Origin: an uncultured Nitrospiraceae bacterium
GTDB taxonomy: Bacteria; Nitrospirota; Thermodesulfovibrionia; Thermodesulfovibrionales; SM23-35
Reading direction: 5' to 3'
DNA: 64,000 bases
NCBI GenBank assembly: GCA_963727775.1
Contig: CAVSHB010000001.1
Location: 320,001 to 384,000, forward strand
Shown: one piece after another, positions 47,333-58,664 of the stretch
How positions within the stretch are numbered: position 1 is the stretch's first letter
Layout: each line of letters begins with the position of its first letter
Program-made: the position numbers and the translations under genes
The notes under the pieces: model-generated
What the model was told of the DNA's origin: nothing
The model's input: only the letters and a program-made list of their open reading frames with translations
Database searches by the model: none

Positions 47333-48715
47333 TTATCTAAATGCAGTGCAATTACCAAAACTGGGGGGAAAGTATTGTCCCACGCGGTTAAAGAGGTAGC
47401 GCAGTTTTGATCGTACTTTCTGCGTAAAGACAGAAATCCGCAATACAGGTTTCCTTCCATCCCATCCTAATTGGGCTGGAAGGACAAGATACTTGTACCG
47501 TAAGGTTTTCAAACGTTCTGTCTTTTCTTTTTGACCGAGTATCTGATGCCTGAACAGGACAAACAGATTGTAGATGAATACCCGAATAAGCATAGCCGCC
47601 TCCGTTGAGTAGAAATACTTCATCGAGAACCCGCCGAGTGCAAAATCCTCTTTCAGTTCCTTGATGGTATTCTCATCGTTCGCCCTATGCCTGCATTGCT
47701 TCCATACCTCATATGTAGAATCATGTGAATTGGTTATCCATACGCTATAACGATAATGCCCTGTATCAAACTCATCTCCGAAAAGAGACAACTCTTTTCC
47801 CATCGCGTGCGGTCTCTTCTTGACATCCTGGCGCACTGCAATAAACCTCCTGTCGATTATCCACTCTACATGCTGGAAGAAGAACTCAGTGATCCATATC
47901 CCTTCTTCTACCTGTGCCCAGTTTTGTTGTGCGTAGATTATCCTCTGCAGCGGACGATATAGGCGAGCAGCTATGATATATACTAATTCTCTCTTCTCAA
48001 GCAGTTCGATGAACTCCCTAAGATAAAATCCACTGTCTGCAATAATGCCCTTGATATCGATATGACCGTTGATCCTCTGCCATGTGGATTCAAAAAATCC
48101 AATAATGTTGTTCCATGACATCACGTTGCCGGGGCGGTTCCAAAGATTTATCACATACTTGTTTCTGTTAAGAAATGCCAGAAGCGGGCTGTGGCTACCA
48201 CGGCCCTTCTTCTTCGGGTTATATCCCCTCTTGACTCCCTCCTGTTTTCCGTATCGCTCAAGGACTGTAGAATCGAACGTCAACCAGTCCTCTTTGAGCT
48301 CTTTCCAGGGGATCAATCTCTTCAAGTATCCCCATAATCCCTCCGACATCTCTTCCACTTCCTTCAGTTTTCTGATCTTCCTGAAAAGCCTGCCCAATGT
48401 CGTCGAGGCGATAGGAAGCCTCTTCACTGCAAAAAGATCGGTGAAAATCTCCTGCCAACCAAGATAAAGTAGATGAGAAAACCTGCTGCCTCCCGCATAG
48501 ATCAGAAGGATGTATGCCAATACCTTGCTGTATATCCCCATTCCATTGGGTGAACTCTCATGGATCGGAATCACCTCTTGCAAAATTCCTCTCAATTTGA
48601 TCTTTTCAAAAAATGCAGCCAATAAACTGAATCCCCCATATGCCGTCATCTTCTTCTCCGTAAATCCAATCCTTACTTTATTTATTTCGATCTTTGTGCT
48701 ACATTTTGACTGCAT
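47333..48715 (-). CDS. IS1380-family transposase
   Basis: TAYGG, FDST, YGKQEG...GYNP, ADSGF, RANDENTIKELK. Confidence 0.9.
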   Translation of the reverse strand: MQSKCSTKIEINKVRIGFTEKKMTAYGGFSLLAAFFEKIKLRGILQEVIPIHESSPNGMGIYSKVLAYILLIYAGGSRFSHLLYLGWQEIFTDLFAVKRLPIASTTLGRLFRKIRKLKEVEEMSEGLWGYLKRLIPWKELKEDWLTFDSTVLERYGKQEGVKRGYNPKKKGRGSHSPLLAFLNRNKYVINLWNRPGNVMSWNNIIGFFESTWQRINGHIDIKGIIADSGFYLREFIELLEKRELVYIIAARLYRPLQRIIYAQQNWAQVEEGIWITEFFFQHVEWIIDRRFIAVRQDVKKRPHAMGKELSLFGDEFDTGHYRYSVWITNSHDSTYEVWKQCRHRANDENTIKELKEDFALGGFSMKYFYSTEAAMLIRVFIYNLFVLFRHQILGQKEKTERLKTLRYKYLVLPAQLGWDGRKPVLRISVFTQKVRSKLRYLFNRVGQYFPPSFGNCTAFR

Positions 48716-48826
48716 ATTTCTATTCTCCTTTCGTTTAGAGTTGATGGTCGGGTAAACCTATTGATTCTAATACGAAAGGAGAATTTCTTCGGGGATATTA
48801 TTTTAGGTCAACTGCACTTTTTGGGT
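47333..48826 (-). mobile_element. IS1380-family insertion sequence
   Basis: DDE transposase with imperfect IRs (AGTGCAATTACCAAAA near 47345-60; TTTTAGGTCAACTGCACT near 48801-18); exact ends uncertain. Confidence 0.7.
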
Positions 48827-48934
48827 TAATGCATTTCATCATAGAAAAAAATAAAAGAGGCTATGGTGATTAGAGGCCTAGTGTCAAATAGGATTATTGG
48901 GGTGGTAGCTGTGAGCTGTCAATATAAAAACTTT

Positions 48935-50041
48935 CTATTTCTCGGCGGCTGTAAAAAGGTCCTTTATCTTTTCTTTAAAGGACTTTGCTACTTCATCCCC
49001 GTTTATACGCGCAAATTCTTCGAGGAGTTCTTTCTGCCTGGGAGTGAGGCTTTTCGGAACGTCTACATAAATTCTTACGAACTGGTCTCCTCTTCCGTGA
49101 GCGCCAAGCTTCTGGATGCCTTTGCCTTTCAAATGGAATATCTTGCCTGAAGGCGTACCCGATGGGACTTTGAGCTTATATGTGCCTTCGATGGTCGGGA
49201 TTTCGATTTCAGCTCCGAGGACCGCTTGGGGAAAGGAAACGGGCACATCGCAATAAAGGTCATTGCCGTCTCTTTTAAAGAACGGGTGTTCTTCAATGTT
49301 CAGATAAATATAGAGGTCGCCATGGGGCCCGCCGTGCAGCCCTATCTCTCCCTCACCCGATACCCTGAGTCTTGAGCCTGTATCGACGCCTGCCGGCATC
49401 TTTACGCTTAAGCTCTTGAATTTCCTGATCTTGCCCTGACCCTTGCAAGTCTTGCACGGGTCCGTAATGATCCTCCCTGCGCCCCGGCACTTGTCGCAGG
49501 TCCTGGAGATACTGAAGAAGCCCTGCTGGACCCTTACCTGTCCCGCGCCTTTGCAATTCGGGCATGTAACAGGTGTCTTCCCCGGCGCGGAGCCGGTCCC
49601 ACCGCAGTCGGCGCAGTCTTCCCACCTCGGTATCTCAATAGTCTTTTCCGCGCCGAAAGCCGCTTCCATAAGTGTGATATCAAGGTCGTATCTAAGATCA
49701 TTGCCTTTGGTTGGTCTCGTCCTGCGTTGTCCCGTGAACGTACCGAAAAAATCGCCGAAGATGTCTTCAAAGATATCACCGAACCCTGCGCCGAAGGGGC
49801 CGCCGTATCCGGCGCCAACACCTTCTGCCGTTCCGAACCTGTCGTAATTTGCCCTTTTCTCAGGATCGATCAGGCAAGAGTATGCCTCGTTTATCTCCTT
49901 GAATTTGTCTTCCGATTCTTTGTTGTCGGGATTTCTGTCAGGGTGGTATTTTAGGGCAAGCTGTCTGAACGCCTTCTTTATATCAGCTTCAGCCGCATCC
50001 CGTGAGACCCCGAGTAATTCGTAATAGTCCTTCATATTCAT
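48935..50041 (-). CDS. dnaJ: Chaperone DnaJ
   Basis: HPD J-domain, G/F region, four CxxCxGxG repeats. Confidence 0.97.
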   Translation of the reverse strand: MNMKDYYELLGVSRDAAEADIKKAFRQLALKYHPDRNPDNKESEDKFKEINEAYSCLIDPEKRANYDRFGTAEGVGAGYGGPFGAGFGDIFEDIFGDFFGTFTGQRRTRPTKGNDLRYDLDITLMEAAFGAEKTIEIPRWEDCADCGGTGSAPGKTPVTCPNCKGAGQVRVQQGFFSISRTCDKCRGAGRIITDPCKTCKGQGKIRKFKSLSVKMPAGVDTGSRLRVSGEGEIGLHGGPHGDLYIYLNIEEHPFFKRDGNDLYCDVPVSFPQAVLGAEIEIPTIEGTYKLKVPSGTPSGKIFHLKGKGIQKLGAHGRGDQFVRIYVDVPKSLTPRQKELLEEFARINGDEVAKSFKEKIKDLFTAAEK

Positions 50042-50077
50042 ATCTTGTCAATTATAAGATTTGTATTCCTAAAAATT

Positions 50078-50123
50078 CACCCCCCTAAAATCCCCGTTTG
50101 GTAAAGGGGGATTTAGAGGGGTG
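50078..50123. repeat. REP-like palindrome between dnaK and dnaJ
   Basis: CACCCCCCTAAAATCCCC...GGGGATTTAGAGGGGTG. Confidence 0.6.
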
Positions 50124-50206
50124 GTCTATTTATCTTTTAATAATCTCCACGCACCATTTTTCTTAAAAGAGTGACATAGGGGGATTACTAAACGTTATTT
50201 TTAATC

Positions 50207-52138
50207 TTACTTTTTCTCCTTATCAACGTCTTCAAACTCGGCCTCAACGACTTCTTCTTCAGGACCCTTTGCGCCTGCCTGTGCCCCGGCGGCCCCCCCC
50301 GAAGGTCCGGCACCGGCGCCTGCATGCTCTCCCGCGCCTTTGTACATGTGTTCCGCCAGTTTATGCGACTTGTTCGAAAGATCTTCTACCGCGGATTTTA
50401 TCTCAGAAGCTTCGGTGCTCGTGTCTTTCAGCTTTTTGCATTTCTCGATCGCCTCTTCAATTTCTTTCTTCTCCGATTCGTTCAGCTTATCGCCGTAGTC
50501 TTTAACGGATTTTTCTACTGAATAAACGAGCGTATCAGCCTCGTTCCTTGCCTCGGCAAGCTGTTTCTTCTTCTTGTCGTCTTCAGAATGCGACTCCGCG
50601 TCACGCATCATCTTCTTTATTTCTTCTTCTGTAAGTCCGCTTGTCGCGGTTATTCTTATAGACTGTTCCTTGCCTGTACCGAGGTCTTTTGCAGATACAT
50701 GCAATATGCCGTTTGCGTCAATATCAAAAGTGACTTCAACCTGGGGGACACCTCTGGGCGCAGGCGGAATACCTATAAGTTCAAAATTGCCGAGCAGCTT
50801 ATTGTCCGAGGCCATTTCTCTCTCACCCTGGCATATCTTAATCGATACGGCAGGCTGGTTGTCTGATGCGGTAGAGAATACCTGGCTCTTCTTTGTCGGG
50901 ATGGTTGTATTTCTGTCTATTATCTTTGTGAATATGCCGCCGAGCGTTTCGATGCCGAGTGATAGGGGAGTAACATCGAGCAGCAACACCTCTTTCACAT
51001 CACCTTTAAGGACGGCAGCCTGAATGGCCGCGCCGACTGCGACTACCTCATCAGGATTCACAGTCTTGTTGGGCTCTTTACCGAAGAAGCCCTGTACCGT
51101 CTGCTGTACCTTGGGGGTCCTTGTCTGGCCGCCGACAAGCAGTATTTCATCGATGTTCGAAGGAGAAAGGGCGGCATCGGCTAAGGCATTTTTGCAAGGG
51201 CCTAAGGTGTTCTCGATAAGGTCTCCGACGAGTTGTTCCAATTTTGATCTTGACAGTTTCATAAGCAGGTGCTTCGGGCCTGTTGCATCGGCAGTCACAA
51301 AGGGCAGGTTTATCTCCGTATCCATAGCGGTGGAAAGCTCTATCTTCGCCTTTTCAGCAGCTTCCTTAAGTCTCTGCAATGCCATCTTGTCGCTTTTAAG
51401 GTCTATGCCCTGATCTTTCTTGAATTCTTCAACCATCCAGTCCATGACCCTTATATCAAAATCGTCACCGCCCAGGTAGGTATTTCCATTTGTGGATTTT
51501 ACCTCTATGACGCCTTCGCCGATTTCGAGTACGGACACATCAAACGTTCCGCCGCCGAGGTCATAAACACTGATTTTTTCCTCTTTTTTCTTGTCCATGC
51601 CGTATGCCAGTGAAGCGGCTGTCGGCTCGTTTATTATTCTCAGGACATTCAGTCCGGCGATCCTTCCAGCGTCTTTTGTCGCCTGCCTCTGGCTGTCGTC
51701 AAAATAGGCGGGGACTGTAATAACAGCTTCCGTCACCTGCTCCCCGAGATAATCTTCGGCTGCCTGTTTCAGTTTCTGGAGGATCATCGCAGATATCTCG
51801 GGCGGCGAATACTGTTTGCCTCTTATGTCTACCTGGGCGTCTCCGTTCGAGGCTTCAACAATCTTGTAGGGAAGTCTCTTCTTTGCGTGGTCAACTTCCG
51901 GAGTGTTGAATTTCCTTCCCATAAGCCTCTTTATGGAAAATATGGTATTCTCGGGATTTGTTATCGACTGCCTTTTTGCAATCTGTCCGACGAGCCTTTC
52001 TCCCTTATCGGTAATGGCCACAACCGACGGTGTCGTCCTGGCCCCTTCCTGATTCGGAATTACTACCGGCTCACCTGCCTGAACGACAGCAACAACAGAG
52101 TTCGTAGTTCCAAGATCTATGCCGACTGCTTTCCCCAT
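50207..52138 (-). CDS. dnaK: Chaperone DnaK
   Basis: [23 protein letters not shown]. Confidence 0.98.
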   Translation of the reverse strand: MGKAVGIDLGTTNSVVAVVQAGEPVVIPNQEGARTTPSVVAITDKGERLVGQIAKRQSITNPENTIFSIKRLMGRKFNTPEVDHAKKRLPYKIVEASNGDAQVDIRGKQYSPPEISAMILQKLKQAAEDYLGEQVTEAVITVPAYFDDSQRQATKDAGRIAGLNVLRIINEPTAASLAYGMDKKKEEKISVYDLGGGTFDVSVLEIGEGVIEVKSTNGNTYLGGDDFDIRVMDWMVEEFKKDQGIDLKSDKMALQRLKEAAEKAKIELSTAMDTEINLPFVTADATGPKHLLMKLSRSKLEQLVGDLIENTLGPCKNALADAALSPSNIDEILLVGGQTRTPKVQQTVQGFFGKEPNKTVNPDEVVAVGAAIQAAVLKGDVKEVLLLDVTPLSLGIETLGGIFTKIIDRNTTIPTKKSQVFSTASDNQPAVSIKICQGEREMASDNKLLGNFELIGIPPAPRGVPQVEVTFDIDANGILHVSAKDLGTGKEQSIRITATSGLTEEEIKKMMRDAESHSEDDKKKKQLAEARNEADTLVYSVEKSVKDYGDKLNESEKKEIEEAIEKCKKLKDTSTEASEIKSAVEDLSNKSHKLAEHMYKGAGEHAGAGAGPSGGAAGAQAGAKGPEEEVVEAEFEDVDKEKK

Positions 52139-52139
52139 A

Positions 52140-52748
52140 TTAAAGTTCCTCCTCTGCAATATTAGTTGTATTTATTTCTTCCTCCGTCCCTTCTTTTTCC
52201 GAAGCTTTCGGTTTTGCCGATACAGCGACCAGGGACGGCCTTAAGACTTTATCTTTCAACATGTATCCCTTTCTAAAGTCTTCCACCACTACATTTTCTT
52301 CCATATCTTCGCGCTCGACCTGAGACATGGCATGATGCACCATAGGATCAAAGGGTTTCCCCTCAGCCTCTATCTCGGTCAGTCCGAATTTCTCAAGTGT
52401 CTTCCTGAGTTCTTTTAGCGTGATTTCAACTCCCTGGACAAGACCGGAGGAGACATCGTTCGAGGCATGTTTCAGCGCCAAATCAAGATGGTCGATAAAA
52501 GGCAGCAGGTCATAAAGAAGATTTTCATTGCCGTATTTTATGATCTCTTCTTTGTCCCTGTTCACCCTTTTCTTGTAATTCTCAAATTCGGCATACAGTC
52601 TCAGATATTTGTTATTCATCTCCTGGACTTCGGCTGCCAGGCTATCCTGCTCATCCGAAGCCGATTTTTCAATGGCCTCTGCCTCGCGGGATTCATCTGC
52701 TTCATTGCCGGAGACGAGTTTGTTTTCGTTTACTTTATGCTTGCCCAT
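52140..52748 (-). CDS. grpE: Nucleotide exchange factor GrpE
   Basis: [21 protein letters not shown]...VLRP..V.V. Confidence 0.95.
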   Translation of the reverse strand: MGKHKVNENKLVSGNEADESREAEAIEKSASDEQDSLAAEVQEMNNKYLRLYAEFENYKKRVNRDKEEIIKYGNENLLYDLLPFIDHLDLALKHASNDVSSGLVQGVEITLKELRKTLEKFGLTEIEAEGKPFDPMVHHAMSQVEREDMEENVVVEDFRKGYMLKDKVLRPSLVAVSAKPKASEKEGTEEEINTTNIAEEEL

Positions 52749-52750
52749 TT

Positions 52751-53785
52751 TTACCTTATTGTAAGCATCCTGGTAATAAACTTCGCAGTATTTTCTACTA
52801 TATAAATCGCGTCTGCATAATTCATCCGCGTAGGGCCGATTATCCCGACAACACCGATCTGCCGACTGCCCTCCCTGCAGGGAGAGACAACCACACTCAG
52901 CTTTTTCATCTCGTCAGTTGAATTTTCAGAGCCGATCAATATCTGGACCCCGTCCGCTTCCGATAGTCCGTCAAGCAGTTTGATGATAGTGTGTTTGTCT
53001 TCAATGGCCTTTGATAACTCTTTTATCTTTTTAAGATCAGAGAATTCCGGAAGATCGAGGACCTCTGATAACCCTGCTACAAAGAGTTCGCCGAACGGGA
53101 AATAAAGCGCCTCCTTGCATATAGTCATCGCCCTATAAATAAGCCTGTCGCAACTCGTTTTTTCCTTTGACATCTCTCTTAAAACTTTTATCCTGACCTC
53201 ATCGAAACTATATCCCGAAAATTCGGAATTCAGGTAAGCGGCAATCCTGTTGAGGTCCTTCTGCGAGATATCAGGATCAACCGATATGACCTTGTTCTTG
53301 ATCTGTCCTTCATCCGTAAATAATACCGCAGCTACCGCATCGGCTTTATATTTTAAAAGGTTGATCCTTTTGAAGGTCGTCATATCGGGCAGCGGGGATA
53401 TCGCAACCCCGAGATAGTGGGACAATATCGACAGGCTTCTTGTCGTCTCATTGAGCAGCATGTCGATGTCATTTCTTAATGTTTCAAGTTTTCTGTAAAG
53501 ACTCTGGAGCGCCTCCATATCTGAAGAATAATCTCTTTCCACCGCCAGCGAATCCACATAAAATCTGTACCCCATATCCGTCGGGACCCTCCCGGCTGAG
53601 GTATGCGGCTGCGTGAGGAACCCCATCTCCTCAAGGTCCGCCATTATGTTCCTTATCGTGGCAGGGGAAAGGCCGAAAGAGTATCTTTTTGTTACAACCC
53701 TTGACCCTACCGGGTCAGGGAAATTAATGTAACTCTGGACGACTGCACACAGAACTTTTTTGCTTCTTTCACTGAGCATTTGCAT
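52751..53785 (-). CDS. hrcA: Heat-inducible repressor HrcA
   Basis: PVGS, SPATIRN.MADLE, PHTSAGRVPT, IGPTRMNY. Confidence 0.97.
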   Translation of the reverse strand: MQMLSERSKKVLCAVVQSYINFPDPVGSRVVTKRYSFGLSPATIRNIMADLEEMGFLTQPHTSAGRVPTDMGYRFYVDSLAVERDYSSDMEALQSLYRKLETLRNDIDMLLNETTRSLSILSHYLGVAISPLPDMTTFKRINLLKYKADAVAAVLFTDEGQIKNKVISVDPDISQKDLNRIAAYLNSEFSGYSFDEVRIKVLREMSKEKTSCDRLIYRAMTICKEALYFPFGELFVAGLSEVLDLPEFSDLKKIKELSKAIEDKHTIIKLLDGLSEADGVQILIGSENSTDEMKKLSVVVSPCREGSRQIGVVGIIGPTRMNYADAIYIVENTAKFITRMLTIR

Positions 53786-53786
53786 T

Positions 53787-53813
53787 TTAGCACTCTCGAT
53801 GGTCAAGTGCTAA
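53787..53813. promoter_or_regulatory. CIRCE element
   Basis: TTAGCACTC-N9-AAGTGCTAA (one mismatch) directly before hrcA; TTGACA at 53844-39. Confidence 0.95.
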
Positions 53814-53902
53814 TAATTTAACAAGTAACTGATAGGCGTGTCAAGGGTACGGATTGAATATAAGGCCAAATCAGGGCTCTCCGCGTGATCATAAATTTAG
53901 TT

Positions 53903-55705
53903 TTAGTCCGGCATTTCTTCTTCGCCTCCGTTACCGGAAGCCTCATGTTTCATAAGCTTTTCACAGCGAGCCAAATATAAGCGGACGACCGCATCGTCCG
54001 GATAATGATTGGACAGCGACGAGAATATCTCAAGCGCCTCGTGGTTTTTCCCGTCAAAATACAACGTTATACCGTACTCCAGGGCTTCTTTACTCATATC
54101 CTTCTTCTCAAGAATGCGGACCGGGTCGGCGTCGTAAACCTCATACAGAGAAACGGGAACATTTTTACCTTTGACCTGCACTTTATCCAGAAAACGGATA
54201 TGATATTTGTCCGGGTCATTGAGGTTGTCCAATGTCTCCCTGCTTATAATGACCGATACTTGGTAGAATTTTGTAAGTTTTTCCATGCGGGAGCAGATAT
54301 TTACGGCATCCGAGATGACGCTTCCATCCATACGCTCGTCTTCACCGATGGCACCGAGCATAAGTAGGCCGGTGTGAATGGCGATACCTATCTTGATCGG
54401 CTGATAACCCGAAGACACCCTGTGCTCGTTATACTCATCCACCCTCCTCAGCATGGTGATCGCCGAGGTCACAGCGTCGTCGGGTCCGCCCGGAAAGAGG
54501 GCCATAATCCCGTCGCCGATATATTTGTCTATAAAACCATTGTATAGGCGGATTGCCGGTCCTACGCGGCTGAGATAGCTGTTTATGAAATTGAAGGTCT
54601 CTGCAGGCGTCATGCTTTCCGAAAGCGTGGTGAAAGCCCTGATATCGGAAAAGAGGATAGTCATCTCCTTCTGTATCTGGTCGCCGAGCTGGACATCGGA
54701 GATGCTTTCCTTATTCAGAAACTCCAGGAATTTCCTTGGGACGAATCGGCTGAAAGAAGCAAGCAGTTTTTCGAGCGTTGCGGCATAATTCTGAATAGTC
54801 TCCGCCATGTAGTTAAGACTAAAGCCGAGCCTGCCTATTTCGTCATTGGACCTGATGGAAGAGCGGGCCGAAAAGTCTTTTCGCACATAGAGCTGGACTA
54901 CTCCGTCAAGGGCGAGGATGCCCCTCGCAAAAGTGTTTCCGAGGATGATGGATATGATCAGCGACAGGACAAGTGATATTCCTATGATGATCAAAGAGGT
55001 ATTTCGACTCGCGGTCAACGCCGCATCCACGTTGGCATCAATGACATCTATGCACAGTACAGCCAGCAATGTGCCTGAATGATCGTCTATTATCGGCGCG
55101 TAGGCAGAGATGGAGCGTACTTTATAAACAGGGTCATAAAAGGATTGATCTTCGACCAGAGCTCTCTTTTCGCGGACTGCACGCCAGAATACGGGGAATG
55201 TAGAGGCATCGAAAGGCGAGTTAAATCGGGATATCTGCTGAGTCGACTGCCTGTCCCCCGGCAGTTTTTTCAGGTCCGAAAGGGTATCGGCGTCAGCGAC
55301 ATAACGCGGAATTCCCTTATCTGTCGGACGGACTATATATGCATAGCGTATAAGCCGTCTCTCGATATCCCGGACTCTGTTCAACTGGTCCGAGATTGCT
55401 TTGAAATCCGCGGATTGTTCAACAGAGCCTGCCTCCTGACCGGACAACTGAGTGCCCATTCTGCTTGTCAGTCGTGAGAGTGTTGGCCTATCGATGAGAT
55501 AACTTCCCAGTTGTGCTATGTTGTTTGTTCTTTCCTTAATTTCCCTGAGCATACTGGCGTGCAGCACCTGATATGCGGAAATGGACAATACAGAGCTAAC
55601 AATGGCAGTAAAAAGGAAAAAGGCAAGTATGACCTTAAACCTGAACCCGAAGGACAATTTATCCTGCCCTTCTTCCACAGTCCGCGAGCGGAGGTTATTT
55701 AGCAT
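53903..55705 (-). CDS. Membrane adenylate/guanylate cyclase (HAMP + class III domain)
   Basis: TILFSDIRAFT, IDKYIGDGIMALF, SDAVN..SR. Confidence 0.92.
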   Translation of the reverse strand: MLNNLRSRTVEEGQDKLSFGFRFKVILAFFLFTAIVSSVLSISAYQVLHASMLREIKERTNNIAQLGSYLIDRPTLSRLTSRMGTQLSGQEAGSVEQSADFKAISDQLNRVRDIERRLIRYAYIVRPTDKGIPRYVADADTLSDLKKLPGDRQSTQQISRFNSPFDASTFPVFWRAVREKRALVEDQSFYDPVYKVRSISAYAPIIDDHSGTLLAVLCIDVIDANVDAALTASRNTSLIIIGISLVLSLIISIILGNTFARGILALDGVVQLYVRKDFSARSSIRSNDEIGRLGFSLNYMAETIQNYAATLEKLLASFSRFVPRKFLEFLNKESISDVQLGDQIQKEMTILFSDIRAFTTLSESMTPAETFNFINSYLSRVGPAIRLYNGFIDKYIGDGIMALFPGGPDDAVTSAITMLRRVDEYNEHRVSSGYQPIKIGIAIHTGLLMLGAIGEDERMDGSVISDAVNICSRMEKLTKFYQVSVIISRETLDNLNDPDKYHIRFLDKVQVKGKNVPVSLYEVYDADPVRILEKKDMSKEALEYGITLYFDGKNHEALEIFSSLSNHYPDDAVVRLYLARCEKLMKHEASGNGGEEEMPD

Positions 55706-56053
55706 CGGGTTTGAGAACCCCTAAGCGGAGTAACTATCAATTGCGATCACCCCTATTATTTCCGAAAATAGAGCAAAGCGTTGAAATACAAAATTACAAT
55801 GCTTGACAATAATTATACCAAGTTGGGGAAGCCTTTTGTCCCTTTCGTATGAGTAGGGAAAATTTTACAGAAGAGAAGGCTGCAGCTTGGTCACAGATTA
55901 GGTATATTTTATTGATCTCTGATTGCACTGACCACAATTATGTCAGACTGCTCGGATGTTTGTTTCAGAAAGGCATGTTTCCGGTTTGATCCTTCCTGAA
56001 AGCTGCACCCCGCGATTGTGATATAATTGTACGGAGTACAAGTGGTAATAACC

Positions 56054-56179
56054 ATGATACATAATGTAAAAGCAGAAAAGGAAATTGAAACAATCCTATT
56101 GCATCTCGAACAGCAGAACGATCTCATGCTCAAGATTCTTCATCATTTGGAAAAGGGGAGCCGAGAAACTAAAGACTGA
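56054..56179 (+). pseudogene. Possible C-terminal remnant of a DUF1003-like protein
   Basis: NVKAEKEIETILLHLEQQNDLMLKIL resembles DUF1003 C-terminal coiled segments (from recall only). Confidence 0.35.
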
Positions 56180-56479
56180 AATTTCGAAAGACAACTTTAT
56201 GTACGCAGCAACTTTCAGCAGGGCACATTGCCAATAAATGAAAATCGTTAACAACATTCTCTACATTGGTGCTCTCACTCGAGGTAAGTTGTCCGGAGAA
56301 CCGAGTTGAACCGATACGATCCAGTCGGCTTGCCCCCCGATAAAAGGTGACGGGAGTGAGCGGGCTCCGTACAGGGAAGAGTATCAAAAAGAAGGCGACG
56401 ATATCCAAGTTGTATGACCAAGTCAATGCAGCCCTCGACCAAGGTATACCCCAACTTCTAAGCTCCGAGCAGCAGGACC

Positions 56480-57347
56480 TTAGAAGCGAAATCCCATACC
56501 CGCCCCGAAGTAATGGGTGAAGCCGCCTAGATCTCCGGCAAGGCGCACTCCTGCCTCCAGATCCACCACCCAGCAGGGCATGATCAGGTACTGGACGCCG
56601 CCGTCCGCGTTGTAGCCGGCACCCTTGCTCGGCCCGGTGCTGCTCTGCCCAAAAATTTCACCGAAGAACTGAAGTCGCTCTACAGGTTGCCAAGTAGCGA
56701 CAAGATTGGAAATGAGACTCGTGAAACGTCCGTCCCCTGCAAGCACTGGAGTAGTCTGCGAGCTTACGCCGAGCTGAAGGGAGAGCCCTACCTGCTCGCT
56801 CAGGGCATAGGAAGCTATGCCGTTAAAAGCCACGCCAAGGCCCCGACTTCCGAAGGCGGAATCCCCCAGATGGCAGTGTGAACAGGGCTTCCACAGCACC
56901 AAGCCAATACCGGGTATAGCCCAATTCGTGCTTAAAGCCGAGTGTTACAGCAGAAGAGCCGGAAATCTCTTGAGCCGGACCGACCGAAATAGCGTGAGTC
57001 CTTTGTCGGTTATAATTGGGGGGAAGAAGGACGAACTCGTTCCTGCCGGGAAGGCCAAAGCGCACCTCGGCCTGGGGATAATTGTCTGCCGTGCCACCAC
57101 CGAGCCCCCTCAAGTTGGCGTATTGGGAACCCATTTCCAGCACGAATTGTCCCGAAGGGACCACACAGGAGCTGTCTGAGACCGTCGGGCGGTCCACGAT
57201 GGCAAGCAGGGCCGATGGGCCCGAGCAAGGGTTAGGGATAGCAGTCTCCTGCTCTTCAGCATAAACCTTCCCCCAGACCGCTAACAGGACTATGAGAGCG
57301 AAAGAGACCCGAACCACACAGCACACGATCAACCCTTCCTTGGCCAT
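56480..57347 (-). pseudogene. Frameshifted outer-membrane 'transporter' (MetA-pathway-like beta-barrel)
   Basis: Signal peptide and DRP motif in 56823-57347 continue in 56480-56902; +1 G in the G5 run (C5 at 56863-67); terminal GFRF. Confidence 0.8.
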
Positions 57348-57435
57348 TCTCCCTCATCTCGCATTTCTTCAAGCATCGTCCGAGACAATTCCCATATAGG
57401 CGATGTAAAAAATATACCCTCTGCTTTTGACACTA

Positions 57436-57790
57436 TTATACAGCGTCAATATAAACTATGAAGCTATCCGCAAGCTTCCTTCCTCTTCTAAGGAAGATGA
57501 TGTGCTCCGCTTTTATTTTATTTACCTCTGTTATAAATGATGTTAGATCGATCTCTGTCTTTTCCCAATCTTTTGGCCTTGTGTTCACGACATGCAGTTT
57601 TTGGCGGAAACCGAATTCGAACCCGATAGGCATCATGAGACCTGCTGAAAACAGAGATGAGAAAAGGTATCTCTGTTTGAGCCCGTCTATGTTACCGTTC
57701 AATTCCTCGTAAAGCCTCACTGTATCGTGACTTTCAGAAAAACTGACGGAAGGGACGATGTCCCGTGTGAGATCATACTGCTGTATTATC
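57436..57790 (-). pseudogene. C-terminal remnant of an alpha-amylase (GH13)-family gene
   Basis: The frame extends upstream of the called GTG: PSVSFSESHDTVRL...LMMPIGFEFG; SHD region-IV-like motif; N-terminal part absent. Confidence 0.6.
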
Positions 57791-58621
57791 CACCCCGGAG
57801 ATCATATCAAGAATCCTTTTGCGGGCTTCGTCGAGTAATTCCGCGGGCTGCGGCCACTGTTCAAGAATTATAGAGCCTGAAAACCCGCGTTTCTTTAAAC
57901 GCGCTATGAGTCCCTTTATCCCCGCCGGGTCTGTTCCGGCAGGTCCCGTAAAGATCGGCAGGTGGCTGTCGTAATCCCCGTAGTTTTCGTGAAGATGTAT
58001 ATGAATAATCGGCGTTTCGGGATCAAGCAGATCGATGTACCTGAGATAGTCGTTCCGCGTCGAATTGCATAGGTTGGCATGTCCGATGTCGAGGCACATG
58101 CCGATAGCAAAGTTGTGATGAGAATGGAGTTTGTTAAGATATTTGAACAGCTTATTGAAATCTTGAGGGGTTGTATCGAAAGTATTTTCTATGGAAAGTT
58201 TTATCTTGGATTGAGATAGGATCTTCGCCAGCGGCAAGATCGCTTCGGCATAAGCTTCGATACCCTCACCGGTATAAAAATGGATATTGAAAAGCGTAGC
58301 GCTTATGTCTTTGGCAAACTCTATGTCCTTCCAGTAGCGTTCAGCCGATGCTTGTATTAACGGTCTTGCATGGATAGACATATGAACGGAAAGGGAGATG
58401 TTCTTTGTGGCCGCGGTTTCTCTGATGACAGCCCTGGTCGTTGCAGGGATATCCTCCACAGTCCATCCTTCACCCGATTCTTTTTTGTCCGGGAGCCACT
58501 CAAAGGCATCGAAACCATGAGCCGCGGCGTATTCGAAAGGCAGTAATATGGGAACGGCAAAAAAAGAGGTTTGATTGCCGATGCGGACCTTCATTGCTGT
58601 CATAAAGACCTGCGTCGGCAT
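57773..58621 (-). CDS. Sugar-phosphate isomerase/epimerase (AP endonuclease 2 TIM barrel)
   Basis: SIEN, LDIGHA, HIHLHEN...DSHLP, ILE. Confidence 0.8.
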   Translation of the reverse strand: MPTQVFMTAMKVRIGNQTSFFAVPILLPFEYAAAHGFDAFEWLPDKKESGEGWTVEDIPATTRAVIRETAATKNISLSVHMSIHARPLIQASAERYWKDIEFAKDISATLFNIHFYTGEGIEAYAEAILPLAKILSQSKIKLSIENTFDTTPQDFNKLFKYLNKLHSHHNFAIGMCLDIGHANLCNSTRNDYLRYIDLLDPETPIIHIHLHENYGDYDSHLPIFTGPAGTDPAGIKGLIARLKKRGFSGSIILEQWPQPAELLDEARKRILDMISGVDNTAV

Positions 58622-58664
58622 AATCTGATAGGTCTTCTACGGTGCGTATTCAATTTTGAGACCC

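Noticed and set aside
56200..56470. Possible IS-end or ncRNA remnant
   Set aside because: No supportable structure or match could be identified.
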